Shown: piece after piece, positions 8,974 to 18,515 of the stretch | How the letters are laid out: every line of letters starts with the position of its first letter | Numbering within the stretch: the first letter of the stretch is position 1 | Assembly: GCA_003551665.1 (NCBI GenBank) | Contig: PUNE01000127.1 | Location: 2,640 to 66,639, forward strand | Length of the DNA stretch: 64,000 bases | DNA from: Halobacteroidaceae bacterium | Lineage (GTDB): Bacteria > Bacillota > Halanaerobiia > B1SED10-174 | Direction: 5' to 3' | Made by a program: the position numbers and the translations under genes | The notes under the pieces: generated by a model | Databases searched by the model: none | Seen by the model: the letters and a program-made list of their open reading frames with translations, nothing else | Told to the model about the DNA's origin: nothing

Positions 8974-11900
8974 ATGTTTAAAGAAGTTCCCGCCAAACCT
9001 GAATTTCCCAGGCTCGAAAGAGAAATCTTAAGATTCTGGGAGGACAGGCAGATTTTTAAAAAACTTCAGGAAAAAAATAAAGGTAATGATCACTATTCTT
9101 TTATTGATGGGCCGATTACCGCCAACAACCCCATGGGAGTCCACCATGCCTGGGGAAGGACCTACAAGGACGTTTTCCAGAGGCACAGGGCAATGCATGG
9201 TTTTGACCAAAGGTACCAAAATGGGTTTGATTGTCAGGGCCTTTGGGTTGAAGTCGAGGTGGAAAAAGCCCTGGACTTAAATTCCAAAAAAGATATTCTG
9301 AATTATGGTCTGGATAATTTTGCCCGGGCCTGCCGGGAAAGGGTTGAGAAGTACGCCGGCATTCAGACCGAGCAGTCCAAACGCCTGGGGCAGTGGATGG
9401 ACTGGGAGAACTCCTATTATACAATGGATGATAGCAATATCGAGCATATCTGGCATTTTCTAAAAGTCTGCCAGGAGAAGGGTCTTCTGTACAGAGGTAG
9501 TAGTGTAATGCCCTGGTGTTTACGCTGTGGAACATCCCTTTCCCAGCACGAACTGGCTGATTCTTACCAGGATATGACTCACCCTTCAGTTTTTATTACT
9601 CTGCCCATCGAGGGGCGGGAAGATGAATATTTTGCAGTCTGGACAACAACTCCCTGGACCCTTCCTGCAAACGTTGCCCTTGCAGTAAATCCTGAACTGG
9701 ATTATCTCAAGATTAAATTGGAAAATAGATATGTCTGGGTTGCTGAGGAGGCCAGTGAGCGCCTTGATGGCGAGCACCCTGTGGCTGAGAGAGTCAGGGG
9801 AGAAAAACTCCTCGGCCTGGCCTACCGGGGCCCATTCGATGAATTGCCCGCCCAGGAAAAAGTAAAACACAGGGTAATTCCATGGGAAGATGTAAGTGGT
9901 GAGGAAGGAACGGGTATAGTCCATATTGCACCAGGATGTGGTGCAGAAGACTATGGCCTGAGCCAGGAACACAACCTGGATATAATTGCCCCGATTGATG
10001 AAGCAGGAGATTATTTCAAGGGTTTCGGTTTCCTGACGGGGAAAAATGCCATAGAGGTTGGACAACCGATTATTGACAACCTGGCTGAGAAGGGCTACCT
10101 GTTGAAGGTGGAGGAGTACCATCACCGTTATCCCGTATGCTGGCGCTGCGGGGAAGAACTGGTTTTCCGCCTTGAACAGGAATGGTTTATTAAAGGGGAT
10201 CCCATGCGCGAACCCATGCTTGCCAATGCCAGGGAAGTTCACTGGCAGCCAGATTATGCCGGCAAACTGATGGCGGACTGGCTTAATAACATGGGAGACT
10301 GGTGTATTTCCAGAAAGAGGTTCTGGGGATTGCCCCTGCCGTTTTATTCCTGCTCCTGTGGGAAAGTAACTATAATTTCTTCCCGGGAGGAACTTGAGGA
10401 AAAGGCCACAACTCCGGTAACCGACCTCCCCGAACTACACCGGCCCTGGATTGACCAGTACAGGATTAATTGTCCTCAGTGTGGAGAAGAGGTGGAGAGG
10501 ATTTCTGAAGTTGGTGATTGCTGGCTGGATGCAGGAATAGTTCCTTTTTCCACTCTGGGTTATTTGGACAGAAAGGATGGGCGCCACTACTGGGAGAAAT
10601 GGTTCCCTGCCGATTTTGTGGTAGAAATGCGGGAGCAGATCCGGCTCTGGTTTTATGCCCAACTATTTATGAGCAGTGTTCTTGAAGATACTCCCCCTTA
10701 CAAGCGGGTAATGACCTATGAGAAAGTTCACGATGAGACCGGGCGGCCCATGCACAAGAGCTGGGGCAACGCTATCTGGTTTGATGACGCAGTGGAAAAA
10801 ATGGGTGCTGATATAATGCGGTATATTTACACTTCCCGCAATCCCAATGTTAATCTAAACTTTGGCTATAGTATCGGAGAAGAAGTCAAGCGGAAACTCC
10901 TGACCTTCTGGAATACCTATTCTTTCTTCATAACCTACGCCAGGCTGGACGGTTGGCGCCCCCAAAAAGATCCTCACAGGGTTCCCCTGGATCCCGAGAA
11001 AAAGGGAGATAGCCATTCTGAACTCCTGGACAGATGGCTTATTGCCAGAGTGCAAAAAACCATTGAGGAGATGGACGAAGCGCTGTGGAATTACGATACC
11101 ATGCGGGGGCTGAGGAGCCTGGATGGGTTGATTGAAGATACCTCTCGCTGGTATGTGCGAAGAAACAGGCGCCGCTTCTGGAAGGGAGAAGAGGATTCGG
11201 ACAAAGACCAGGCCTACCAGGTTCTCTATTACACCCTGGTTGCTATTGACAAACTCATTGCCCCCCTACTCCCCTTCATCAGCGAGGATGTTTACCAGAA
11301 CCTGGTCCGGGGTGTCCTGTCAGATCAGCCGGAAAGCGTTCACCTCTGTGCTTATCCCCTGGTTGAAAAAGAATGGATTGATAATGAGCTTCTGGAGGAA
11401 ATGGACCGAATAATGAAGGTTTGCAGTGTTGCCCATTCTGCCCGGAACCAGGCTGGAATCAAGGTAAGGCAGCCCCTGAACCTCCTGGAAGTTGCCGGAG
11501 ATGAGGAGATGAGTCGGGCAATTGAAAAAGGCATGGAAATTATCAAGGACGAGGTCAATATTAAAAATATTGAGGTTGTTGCTGAGGGAGTAGGGTTTTA
11601 TGATTTCAGGCTGCAGCCCAATTTTGCTAAAGTGGGAGCAAAGTACGGTCCCCTGGTTCCCAGGATCAAGAAAGCCCTGGAGGAAATTGATAGTGAGACG
11701 ACAGTACAAGTTCTTGAAGAGCATGGGAAAATAACTCTTAAACTTGAAGATCAGGAGGTTGAGCTGAGTTCCGAGGAGATTAATATCCAGAAAAAAGCCC
11801 CGGCTGATAAAGCTGTTATTGAAGAAGAAGGTGTCCTGGCTGCCCTTGATACTGAAATAACTCCTGAGCTTCTGCGAGAGGGACTTGCCCGCGATATTCT

Positions 11901-12135
11901 CAGGCACGTCCAGACTCTTCGCAAGGACAGCGGTCTGGAGGTTGAAACGAGAATTAATATTTCTTTCAGGACCGAAGGATTGCTGGAGCGGGTCATGGAA
12001 GAGTACGGAGAATATATAAAAACAGAAGCCCTGGCTGACAGCCTGAAATCTACGGATGAGGTGGAAATGCCAATTAAAAAAGAACTGAATCTGGGTGAAG
12101 AGCAGATAGAAATTGGCCTGGAGCCAGTAAAATAA
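8974..12135 (+). CDS. ileS: Isoleucyl-tRNA synthetase (long form, 1053 aa)
   Basis: ATG at 8974 after AAAGGAGGAAGAAGG. WCISRKRFWGLPLP and MHKSWGN (KMSKS-like) motifs, plus the Ile-specifier T-box. The ORF-track start at 8869 lies inside the leader. Confidence 0.9.
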   Translation: MFKEVPAKPEFPRLEREILRFWEDRQIFKKLQEKNKGNDHYSFIDGPITANNPMGVHHAWGRTYKDVFQRHRAMHGFDQRYQNGFDCQGLWVEVEVEKALDLNSKKDILNYGLDNFARACRERVEKYAGIQTEQSKRLGQWMDWENSYYTMDDSNIEHIWHFLKVCQEKGLLYRGSSVMPWCLRCGTSLSQHELADSYQDMTHPSVFITLPIEGREDEYFAVWTTTPWTLPANVALAVNPELDYLKIKLENRYVWVAEEASERLDGEHPVAERVRGEKLLGLAYRGPFDELPAQEKVKHRVIPWEDVSGEEGTGIVHIAPGCGAEDYGLSQEHNLDIIAPIDEAGDYFKGFGFLTGKNAIEVGQPIIDNLAEKGYLLKVEEYHHRYPVCWRCGEELVFRLEQEWFIKGDPMREPMLANAREVHWQPDYAGKLMADWLNNMGDWCISRKRFWGLPLPFYSCSCGKVTIISSREELEEKATTPVTDLPELHRPWIDQYRINCPQCGEEVERISEVGDCWLDAGIVPFSTLGYLDRKDGRHYWEKWFPADFVVEMREQIRLWFYAQLFMSSVLEDTPPYKRVMTYEKVHDETGRPMHKSWGNAIWFDDAVEKMGADIMRYIYTSRNPNVNLNFGYSIGEEVKRKLLTFWNTYSFFITYARLDGWRPQKDPHRVPLDPEKKGDSHSELLDRWLIARVQKTIEEMDEALWNYDTMRGLRSLDGLIEDTSRWYVRRNRRRFWKGEEDSDKDQAYQVLYYTLVAIDKLIAPLLPFISEDVYQNLVRGVLSDQPESVHLCAYPLVEKEWIDNELLEEMDRIMKVCSVAHSARNQAGIKVRQPLNLLEVAGDEEMSRAIEKGMEIIKDEVNIKNIEVVAEGVGFYDFRLQPNFAKVGAKYGPLVPRIKKALEEIDSETTVQVLEEHGKITLKLEDQEVELSSEEINIQKKAPADKAVIEEEGVLAALDTEITPELLREGLARDILRHVQTLRKDSGLEVETRINISFRTEGLLERVMEEYGEYIKTEALADSLKSTDEVEMPIKKELNLGEEQIEIGLEPVK

Positions 12136-12162
12136 ACAAAGCCCCTGAGGGGGCTTTGTTTA
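12136..12162 (+). terminator. Rho-independent terminator after ileS
   Basis: ACAAAGCCCC, loop TGAG, GGGGCTTTGT, then TT. Confidence 0.75.
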
Positions 12163-12183
12163 CCTTAAAAGGAGAGGTGGCCG

Positions 12184-13374
12184 GTGAAAGATAAAATCAA
12201 TAACTACATCGAGGAAAAAAAAGATCGCTGGGAAGAAGTTGCCCGCTACATCTGGGAAAATCCCGAACTGGGACATCAGGAGTTCAGGGCTCAAAAAGTC
12301 CTGGTTGATTTGCTTATTGAACTTGGCTTTGAAGTTGAAAAGGGAACAGCCGGGCTGGAAACTGCTTTCTGGGCGGAAAAAGGGAATAAAGAAGGTGGGC
12401 CGACTATTGCTTTTCTGGCGGAATATGATGCGCTCCCCAACCTGGGCCATGCCTGCGGACATAATCTCATAGGGGTTATGTCAGTTGCGGCGGCTGCAGC
12501 CCTTGGAAAGGTGCTTCCTCCTGGGGCAGGGAGGGTAGTTGTAATCGGTACTCCCGCCGAAGAGACTGACGGGGGCAAGGTAAGCATGGTGGAGGCAGGG
12601 ACATTTTCCGAAGTGGATGTTGCCATGATGGTTCATCCCTCCAGTAAATATGAAAAGAGCGGCAGCTCCCTGGCGCTGGAAGCAGTCCAGTTTGATTTTT
12701 TTGGCCGATCATCCCATGCTGCAGCTTCTCCGGAAAAGGGTTTGAATGCGCTGGATGCTGTAGTTAACATGTATAATGCAATCAGCAATTTAAGACAGCA
12801 GGTTCCTGATGGGGTTAGAATCCACGGAATTATTTCCAGGGGTGGTGAAGCAGCAAATATGATTCCCGAGCAGACCCAGGCCAGGTATTATCTGCGGGCA
12901 CCTGAATTAAGCCAGCTTGCAGATATAAAGGAAAGGGTGGTTAATTGCGCCGAGGGTGCTGCACTAGCGACAGGATGCCGGGTTGAAATATCCAACTACG
13001 AAATGGGTTATGCTCCTCTGAAATCAAATCAAAAACTGAATGATCTCTTCCAGGAAAACCTGGTTTCACTTGGTGTTTCTCCCGGGGAAATTGAAGAGGG
13101 GTCAGCAAAGGGTTCAGTTGATATTGGAGATGTAAGTCAGGTTGTTCCGGCCATTCATCCCACTATTAAAATAATGGACGAACCCCAACCCGGACATACA
13201 AGGGAGTTTGCTCTGGCAGCAAACAGCCCCAGAGCCTTCGAGGCCATGCTGCTGGGGGCAAAGGCTCTGGCTTTTTCCGGGTATGATTATTTTGCCCAAA
13301 CGGAAATCCAAAAAAGGGTGCAGGAAGAATTTGGGGCTGCAAAAAGGAATAGAAAAGACAAAACCTCTGATTAA
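12184..13374 (+). CDS. M20-family amidohydrolase/peptidase (AbgB-like)
   Basis: LAEYDALPNLGHACGHNLIG metal-site motif, GTPAEE, 396 aa. Confidence 0.75.
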   Translation: MKDKINNYIEEKKDRWEEVARYIWENPELGHQEFRAQKVLVDLLIELGFEVEKGTAGLETAFWAEKGNKEGGPTIAFLAEYDALPNLGHACGHNLIGVMSVAAAAALGKVLPPGAGRVVVIGTPAEETDGGKVSMVEAGTFSEVDVAMMVHPSSKYEKSGSSLALEAVQFDFFGRSSHAAASPEKGLNALDAVVNMYNAISNLRQQVPDGVRIHGIISRGGEAANMIPEQTQARYYLRAPELSQLADIKERVVNCAEGAALATGCRVEISNYEMGYAPLKSNQKLNDLFQENLVSLGVSPGEIEEGSAKGSVDIGDVSQVVPAIHPTIKIMDEPQPGHTREFALAANSPRAFEAMLLGAKALAFSGYDYFAQTEIQKRVQEEFGAAKRNRKDKTSD

Positions 13375-13388
13375 ATCAGAGGTTTTTA
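13359..13388. terminator. Bidirectional terminator between convergent genes
   Basis: ACCTCTGAT (13363-13371), loop TAA, ATCAGAGGT (13375-13383). A-tract on the 5' side and T5 on the 3' side. The loop is the M20 stop codon, and the T-tract overlaps the stop of the minus-strand gene. Confidence 0.7.
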
Positions 13389-15047
13389 CTTGAAAAGGTG
13401 GCAGGCAACCCGGCGGCCGGGCTCAACTTTTTTAAGAACCGGGGGGGCTTTCTGGGAAAACCTTACCCAAACCCGCCGGTTTTCATATTCAACTTCTGTA
13501 CAGGCTTTGGCCAGTACTTCATGTTCAGAAGCCATTAATGCCTGAACTTTCTCTATTAAGTCCTGCCAGGAAATACCAGCCGAATGGGCGAGTTCCAATG
13601 CCAGGTCGCCATCTTTATGACCGAAACTGTTAATGGATTGACTAAGATCGCTTTTTTGGATAAGGTTCTCAAGGTCGGCCCCTTCCCAGCCGCAATAAGG
13701 AAGGGCATCTCTGCAGGCGGAATGAAAAGAACACCCGTTAATTGGATCCTGGACGGGTAAGGGAACGGATAAATCCATATCAGATCCCAGAATTGCTCTA
13801 GAGTAGGGGTGGAGCGGTTTTTCCCGGATGGATTGCTGAGGACCATCTTCAATCAGGTTACCTCGAAAAATTATTCCCAGGTTGTGAGTTAGGGAGAGGT
13901 CGGTTCTGGTCGTGGTGATGGTAACATTTGTCCTCTGGTCTTTTATTATGGAATGAAGCAATTTAAGGTTTTCGGGGATCAACCCCCCCGGATTATTTAT
14001 TATAACCAGGCGGGGCTGGATAATAGAGGCCCATAAAAGGAAAATACTCAATTCCTGGGCGGGGGAAATTTCACCGGGAAAAGCTGAAAGGATATTATCC
14101 TGCTGGAGGGGGAAACAGCTGGTGATTTTTTCCTGAAGTTCCGGGAAAATTTGCTCAAGGTTTTTACCTGCCTTTAAATGCCGGGAAAATAATAAAATGC
14201 TCTTGCCTATTGTTTTCCCCGGCAGAAAAACAGGGTGCTGGTAATAGAGCATCTCCCGGGGTTTCAATATGCATACCCTTGTCCCACGGTCCGGGCTTTT
14301 TATCCCTGCGAGGATCTGACCCAGGCTTTCAGCAGTTTGTTTGCTATCGCAGATAAAGGTCCAGGACTGGTTTTGAGCGACATCAATATTCCATTCCTCG
14401 CTGGTATTAACCTGAAAATTATGCAGGGAAAGGATCTTGTAATCAGGAGGAGCTGGTTTCAATTCTGAGGAAGGATTTTTTTCAGGGGGTGGAATGGAGA
14501 TTATATCACCAGCACTCACCTGGAAGTAGTCCTGGATAAGTGGGTTTTGGGGAAGATTCTGGTCGAGAAGCTGTAGAAGAGCAGTATTTTTTTGAGAGAA
14601 AAGCTGAAAAAGCTCTTCGAGGGTTCGCTGGCGGGCAAAAGGGCCAAGATCTGTAAGTGCATCCCGGGCGATGACCAGGGGCGGGGCAGAGAAAGCAATA
14701 TCCAACCACCGAAAAATATTTAGAATATAGGAGGGGAAGTATGCCGGCTTCTTTTGCAAAAAACCCGGAGGCAAGGTAATAATCTTTTCGGCAGTGCTAC
14801 CTGCAGCAGCAGACAGTTGTTTTCCCAGGGATTGAGTGGGGTTAAAATAATCATTTGGTTCTGGGCTAACCCATAGTGCATCTTCAGCAAGCCGGGGGAA
14901 GAGTTCCCCATTTTTTAAAATTGTCGTCAATTGACCTGCAGGGTCTGCAACTTGAAATCTCTGGCCTTCTGCCAGATGAAAGGAACTGATGTTAAGAGCC
15001 GGTGAGTGGTTCTTATCCCGTTCAAGGTTTTTTATTTCAATGAGCAT
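13386..15047 (-). CDS. Fused double OppD/OppF-like ABC ATPase homologue with degenerate catalytic motifs
   Basis: Two ABC-like halves plus the oligopeptide C-terminal module (PLHPYSRAILGS...GCSFHSACRDALPYC...RRVACHLF). Walker A, signature, Walker B and H-loop positions read ADPAGQLTT / PSYIL / LVIARDAL / LLDQ in half 1 and CDSKQTAES / ISPAQ / LVIINNPG / TTRTD in half 2. Confidence 0.7.
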   Translation of the reverse strand: MLIEIKNLERDKNHSPALNISSFHLAEGQRFQVADPAGQLTTILKNGELFPRLAEDALWVSPEPNDYFNPTQSLGKQLSAAAGSTAEKIITLPPGFLQKKPAYFPSYILNIFRWLDIAFSAPPLVIARDALTDLGPFARQRTLEELFQLFSQKNTALLQLLDQNLPQNPLIQDYFQVSAGDIISIPPPEKNPSSELKPAPPDYKILSLHNFQVNTSEEWNIDVAQNQSWTFICDSKQTAESLGQILAGIKSPDRGTRVCILKPREMLYYQHPVFLPGKTIGKSILLFSRHLKAGKNLEQIFPELQEKITSCFPLQQDNILSAFPGEISPAQELSIFLLWASIIQPRLVIINNPGGLIPENLKLLHSIIKDQRTNVTITTTRTDLSLTHNLGIIFRGNLIEDGPQQSIREKPLHPYSRAILGSDMDLSVPLPVQDPINGCSFHSACRDALPYCGWEGADLENLIQKSDLSQSINSFGHKDGDLALELAHSAGISWQDLIEKVQALMASEHEVLAKACTEVEYENRRVWVRFSQKAPPVLKKVEPGRRVACHLFK

Positions 15048-15777
15048 CCTTTTTTCCCCCTTCTGTCAGGAGTGAACAGGCCAGTGCTGTAAGAAGGAAA
15101 AGGAGCCCTGGCCAGAGGAAACTCCACCAGTTATTGGGCCAGTTGGAATGAAGGTAGGCGTTGTTCAATGCGGTTCCCCATGTGGGCAAGAAAGAGGGAA
15201 CTATGCCTAAAAAGCTAACTGTGGTTTCAACTGTTAGGATACAAAGGAAGATCCGGATAAAGGATTTTATCAGGGGAGAAAGTGAAGCGGGTAGGGTGAT
15301 TCGGAAAAACCGGGTGGTTGGGGACAAATCTACAACCCGACTGGCCAGAAAAGAGGGGTGCTCGTTAAGTTTTTCAAGGAAACCAGCAAGCCTGGGATAA
15401 ATATCCAGTCCTGCAAATCCAATTGAACCCAGGGCCAGGGCAGGCAAAAAGTGAAAACCTGTTGCCAATAAAAACAGGGCCAGAATAATAGGAGGCAGGC
15501 CGCTCCAGAAAGGCAAAAGATTAACCCTGGGAAATAGAGCAAGGAGGTAGAAAAACAGGGTCACCGGTAATGCCAGCCCTCCAGAGATGAGAAGCGTGTG
15601 GCGGGTTTTCTGGAAGAAACCTAATGAATCCAGGGGGGGGATTAAGGGAACCAGGATTAGGCCAAAAAGAAAAATTATTGCCAGGAGGTTCAGGGGATAT
15701 CCCGGGTGGTCTAAAAAGAGTTTTTTTATTCTCGGAAAAAAGGGAGTTGGTATCTGTTTCGGGATTTTTTTTGTCAT
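15037..15777 (-). CDS. Divergent, short OppC/DppC-like ABC permease
   Basis: C-terminal half follows the OppC pattern (ITLPASLSPLIKSF...VETTVSFLGIVPSFLPTWGTALNNA...WPGLLFLLTALACSLL). ATGA stop/start overlap with the upstream gene. Confidence 0.6.
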   Translation of the reverse strand: MTKKIPKQIPTPFFPRIKKLFLDHPGYPLNLLAIIFLFGLILVPLIPPLDSLGFFQKTRHTLLISGGLALPVTLFFYLLALFPRVNLLPFWSGLPPIILALFLLATGFHFLPALALGSIGFAGLDIYPRLAGFLEKLNEHPSFLASRVVDLSPTTRFFRITLPASLSPLIKSFIRIFLCILTVETTVSFLGIVPSFLPTWGTALNNAYLHSNWPNNWWSFLWPGLLFLLTALACSLLTEGGKKDAH

Positions 15778-16487
15778 TTAACCCCCTCCCCCCTAAGAAT
15801 TTTATTTGTTTCTTCTCCCATTACCCATAACCAGTTAATGAGCATAACCAGGCTAATGATTGCAGCAAATATTACTGCAACCAAAAGGTAATCCTGCTGA
15901 AGAATACTGTTAAAAAGCAGGGGCCCAATTCCAGGCCAGGCAACTACAGTTTCAAAAGCAAGATGGGAACCGGTGGCCATTAAAACAAAAGATACCTGGG
16001 CTGGCCAGGGCCTTGGTCTCCGGAGGAAATTAACCCCCGCAAATGTATAAAAAAGGAATGCCAGAAAGAAGGGAATAAGGGGGTTATGTTCCGGGGGAAG
16101 ATTAAATAAATGAAAAAAACCCACAAAAACCAGGCCCCACCAGAAAAAGGGGGCGGAGCTGATAACTTTTGCTGCGGAAATGAATACCGGGGGCAACCCC
16201 TCTTTCCAGAAACGGTACAGGACAGGTAGAGCAAGAAGGATTGCCGGCAGGGCCAGGGAAAATGTGGAAAATAACCCGCCTGTTACAAGGGTGGCAGTGG
16301 GAAGACCGTACTGGGAAGATTTTATGTGGTTTATATTCCAGGGGGCATTGAGAAAATCCCAAAATGCTGCCGGTGTTAATTCAAGGAGACCCATAGAGAC
16401 CAGTCGGGCGAAGACAAGAAAGAGGAGGAATATCCAGGTAGCCAAAAAATAAGCTGTGGTTTTAAGGTGCCCTGATAAAAAGTGCAT
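15774..16487 (-). CDS. Divergent, short OppB/DppB-like ABC permease
   Basis: ETVVAWPGIGPLLFNSILQQDYLLVAVIFAAIISLVMLINWLW parallels the OppB C-terminal consensus. ATG at 16487 lies 7 nt after AGGAGG; the ORF-track start at 16523 would overlap the upstream gene. Confidence 0.6.
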   Translation of the reverse strand: MHFLSGHLKTTAYFLATWIFLLFLVFARLVSMGLLELTPAAFWDFLNAPWNINHIKSSQYGLPTATLVTGGLFSTFSLALPAILLALPVLYRFWKEGLPPVFISAAKVISSAPFFWWGLVFVGFFHLFNLPPEHNPLIPFFLAFLFYTFAGVNFLRRPRPWPAQVSFVLMATGSHLAFETVVAWPGIGPLLFNSILQQDYLLVAVIFAAIISLVMLINWLWVMGEETNKILRGEGVK

Positions 16488-16503
16488 TTTCAGTCCTCCT
16501 GGA

Positions 16504-17607
16504 TTATATTTGGAAATTACCATCCTTGTAGATCAATTCCCCATCGGCGAAAATTTCTCCACCGGTGCGCATATCGCACAATAAATCCCAGTGGATTGCG
16601 GATTTATTTTTGCTTCCCGTTTCAGGGTACCCGTTACCCAGGGCCAGGTGAATGGTTCCGCCAATTTTTTCATCAAAGAGCATGTTTTTGGTGAAATGTT
16701 TGATCCCATAATTGGTCCCCATTGCAATCTCTCCTACATAGGAAGAGCCATCATCAGTTTCGAGAATTGTCTGGAGCAGGTCTTCTCCTTTTTTGGCAGT
16801 GGCATTAACTACCTTTCCCCGGGAGAAGGTTAGCCTGATATCTTCAATTTCCCGGCCCAGGTATATTCCGGGAAAGCTGAAACGGATATGGCCGTTTACA
16901 GAATCTTCTACTGGAGCAGTAAAGATTTCCCCGTCGGGGAAGTTGTTTTTTCCATCGCAGTTTTCCCATTTTCGTCCCGAAATATTCATTTTTAGGTCAG
17001 TGTCTTCGGACTTGAAATGGAGTTCAGAGCATTTTTCCAGGTGGTTTATATATTTTTCATGCTGGTTGTGGATTTTTTTCCAGGCTGCAATGGGATCCTT
17101 TTCATTTAGCAGGCAGGCCCCGAAAACGAATTCAGTATATTCGTCAAGGGACATATTTCCTTCCTGGGCAGCGGCGTAAGTTGGATACTGGGTTCCGCAC
17201 CAGCTCAGTTTTCCTTCGGCTGCTCGTTTCATAAATGTTTGCATGATTTCAGTGCTTGCCCTCTGGCTCTGTCTCATTTTCTCCGGGGAAATGTTGCTCA
17301 ATTCCCGGGTATTTAATGGAGCACTGATACTGAGCAAGGCGTCATATTCGTTGGCAATAAGATTGACTACAGGCGAAATATACTCGACCTGGTGGTCGGC
17401 CCCTTCTTTTAATAGGATTTCTGTGAGCCCTGGCAACTGCAAGCGAGTTTCAGGGTAAGCTCCCATGCGGATTCCTTCCCGGAAAACTTCTTTAATAAGG
17501 GGGTAGGCAGCTTCCTGAGAATTAATTGCCAGCTTCTGACCTTCCTTTAAATCCAGGGAATGGTTGACCAGGACCCGGGCCATTTTAGCTATACGTGGAT
17601 CAGGCAT
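16504..17607 (-). CDS. M29-family aminopeptidase (AmpS/PepS type)
   Basis: N-terminal ARVLVNHSLDLKEGQKLAI and C-terminal GTIHLALGNGYPETGSKNKSAIHWDL are typical of thermophilic metalloaminopeptidases. Confidence 0.8.
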   Translation of the reverse strand: MPDPRIAKMARVLVNHSLDLKEGQKLAINSQEAAYPLIKEVFREGIRMGAYPETRLQLPGLTEILLKEGADHQVEYISPVVNLIANEYDALLSISAPLNTRELSNISPEKMRQSQRASTEIMQTFMKRAAEGKLSWCGTQYPTYAAAQEGNMSLDEYTEFVFGACLLNEKDPIAAWKKIHNQHEKYINHLEKCSELHFKSEDTDLKMNISGRKWENCDGKNNFPDGEIFTAPVEDSVNGHIRFSFPGIYLGREIEDIRLTFSRGKVVNATAKKGEDLLQTILETDDGSSYVGEIAMGTNYGIKHFTKNMLFDEKIGGTIHLALGNGYPETGSKNKSAIHWDLLCDMRTGGEIFADGELIYKDGNFQI

Positions 17608-17610
17608 TTT

Positions 17611-18504
17611 TCATTCCTCCTCGGGGCAAATAACCCTAAATTTTTGGTGAATAACTCCAACCTGGAGAGGGGTGGAGCCATAAATTGAACCGTCAAACAT
17701 TTTTGGATAATCCGCAACAGTTGTAAGATTGATCTTGCTGGCTCTGTGGAATTCCACCTGGGGGTGATTGCGGTGTCCACCGCTGTAAACCCGTGGGAGC
17801 AGGCCAAGCAATCCTCCCCGAGAAAGATTGTTCATGATTACCACGTCCAGCAAACCATCCTGTGGATCGGCATCAGGGGCCACCATCAGGCCACCTCCAG
17901 TAAAACGGGTATTGAGAATGAAAACCCCACTGGCCTGGCGAATTAGTTTTTCCCCATCAAGATCAAGTTCAAGGGGAATGGGTTGGAGCAGGGAAACCGT
18001 TTTAACAACGTTATAGGCTATGGCCATGGAACCCCGAAGCAATCCTTTGTAATTATTGGTTCTATGCATTACTTCAGCGGGAAAACCAACTCCAGCAATA
18101 ATAGAAAAGAGCCGGTCTTTTTCTTTTCCCAGATCAATCCTGCGAATTCGGCCTCCGGCCAGAAGTGAAACGCTTTCCAGGGGCTGGAGGGATATTCCCA
18201 GGCTGCGGGCAAGGTCATTTCCTGTTCCCAGAGGTATAACTCCAAAGACGGGGCCTTCCGGCCCCAGACCATTTATTACTTCGTTAACTGTTCCATCTCC
18301 CCCGACTGCACAAACCGCATCAAAGTTATTGTTACCGGCTTCCTCTGCCAGGTGGGTTGCGTGGTCAGGTGCATCGGTTTTCACCAGTTCATATGGGATC
18401 CCGTAATGTTTTAGCCTTTTATGGAGTTCGGGAATAAGTTTTCCCGCCCGCCCCCCTCCGGCAACAGGATTTACAATTATTAAAACCGAGCTGAATAAAC
18501 CCAC
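17611..18504 (-). CDS. YegS/BmrU/DagK-family lipid kinase
   Basis: NPVAGGGRA, GGDGTVNEV and GTGNDLARSLG motifs, 297 aa. Confidence 0.8.
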   Translation of the reverse strand: MGLFSSVLIIVNPVAGGGRAGKLIPELHKRLKHYGIPYELVKTDAPDHATHLAEEAGNNNFDAVCAVGGDGTVNEVINGLGPEGPVFGVIPLGTGNDLARSLGISLQPLESVSLLAGGRIRRIDLGKEKDRLFSIIAGVGFPAEVMHRTNNYKGLLRGSMAIAYNVVKTVSLLQPIPLELDLDGEKLIRQASGVFILNTRFTGGGLMVAPDADPQDGLLDVVIMNNLSRGGLLGLLPRVYSGGHRNHPQVEFHRASKINLTTVADYPKMFDGSIYGSTPLQVGVIHQKFRVICPEEE

Positions 18505-18515
18505 CTGTTTTCCTC

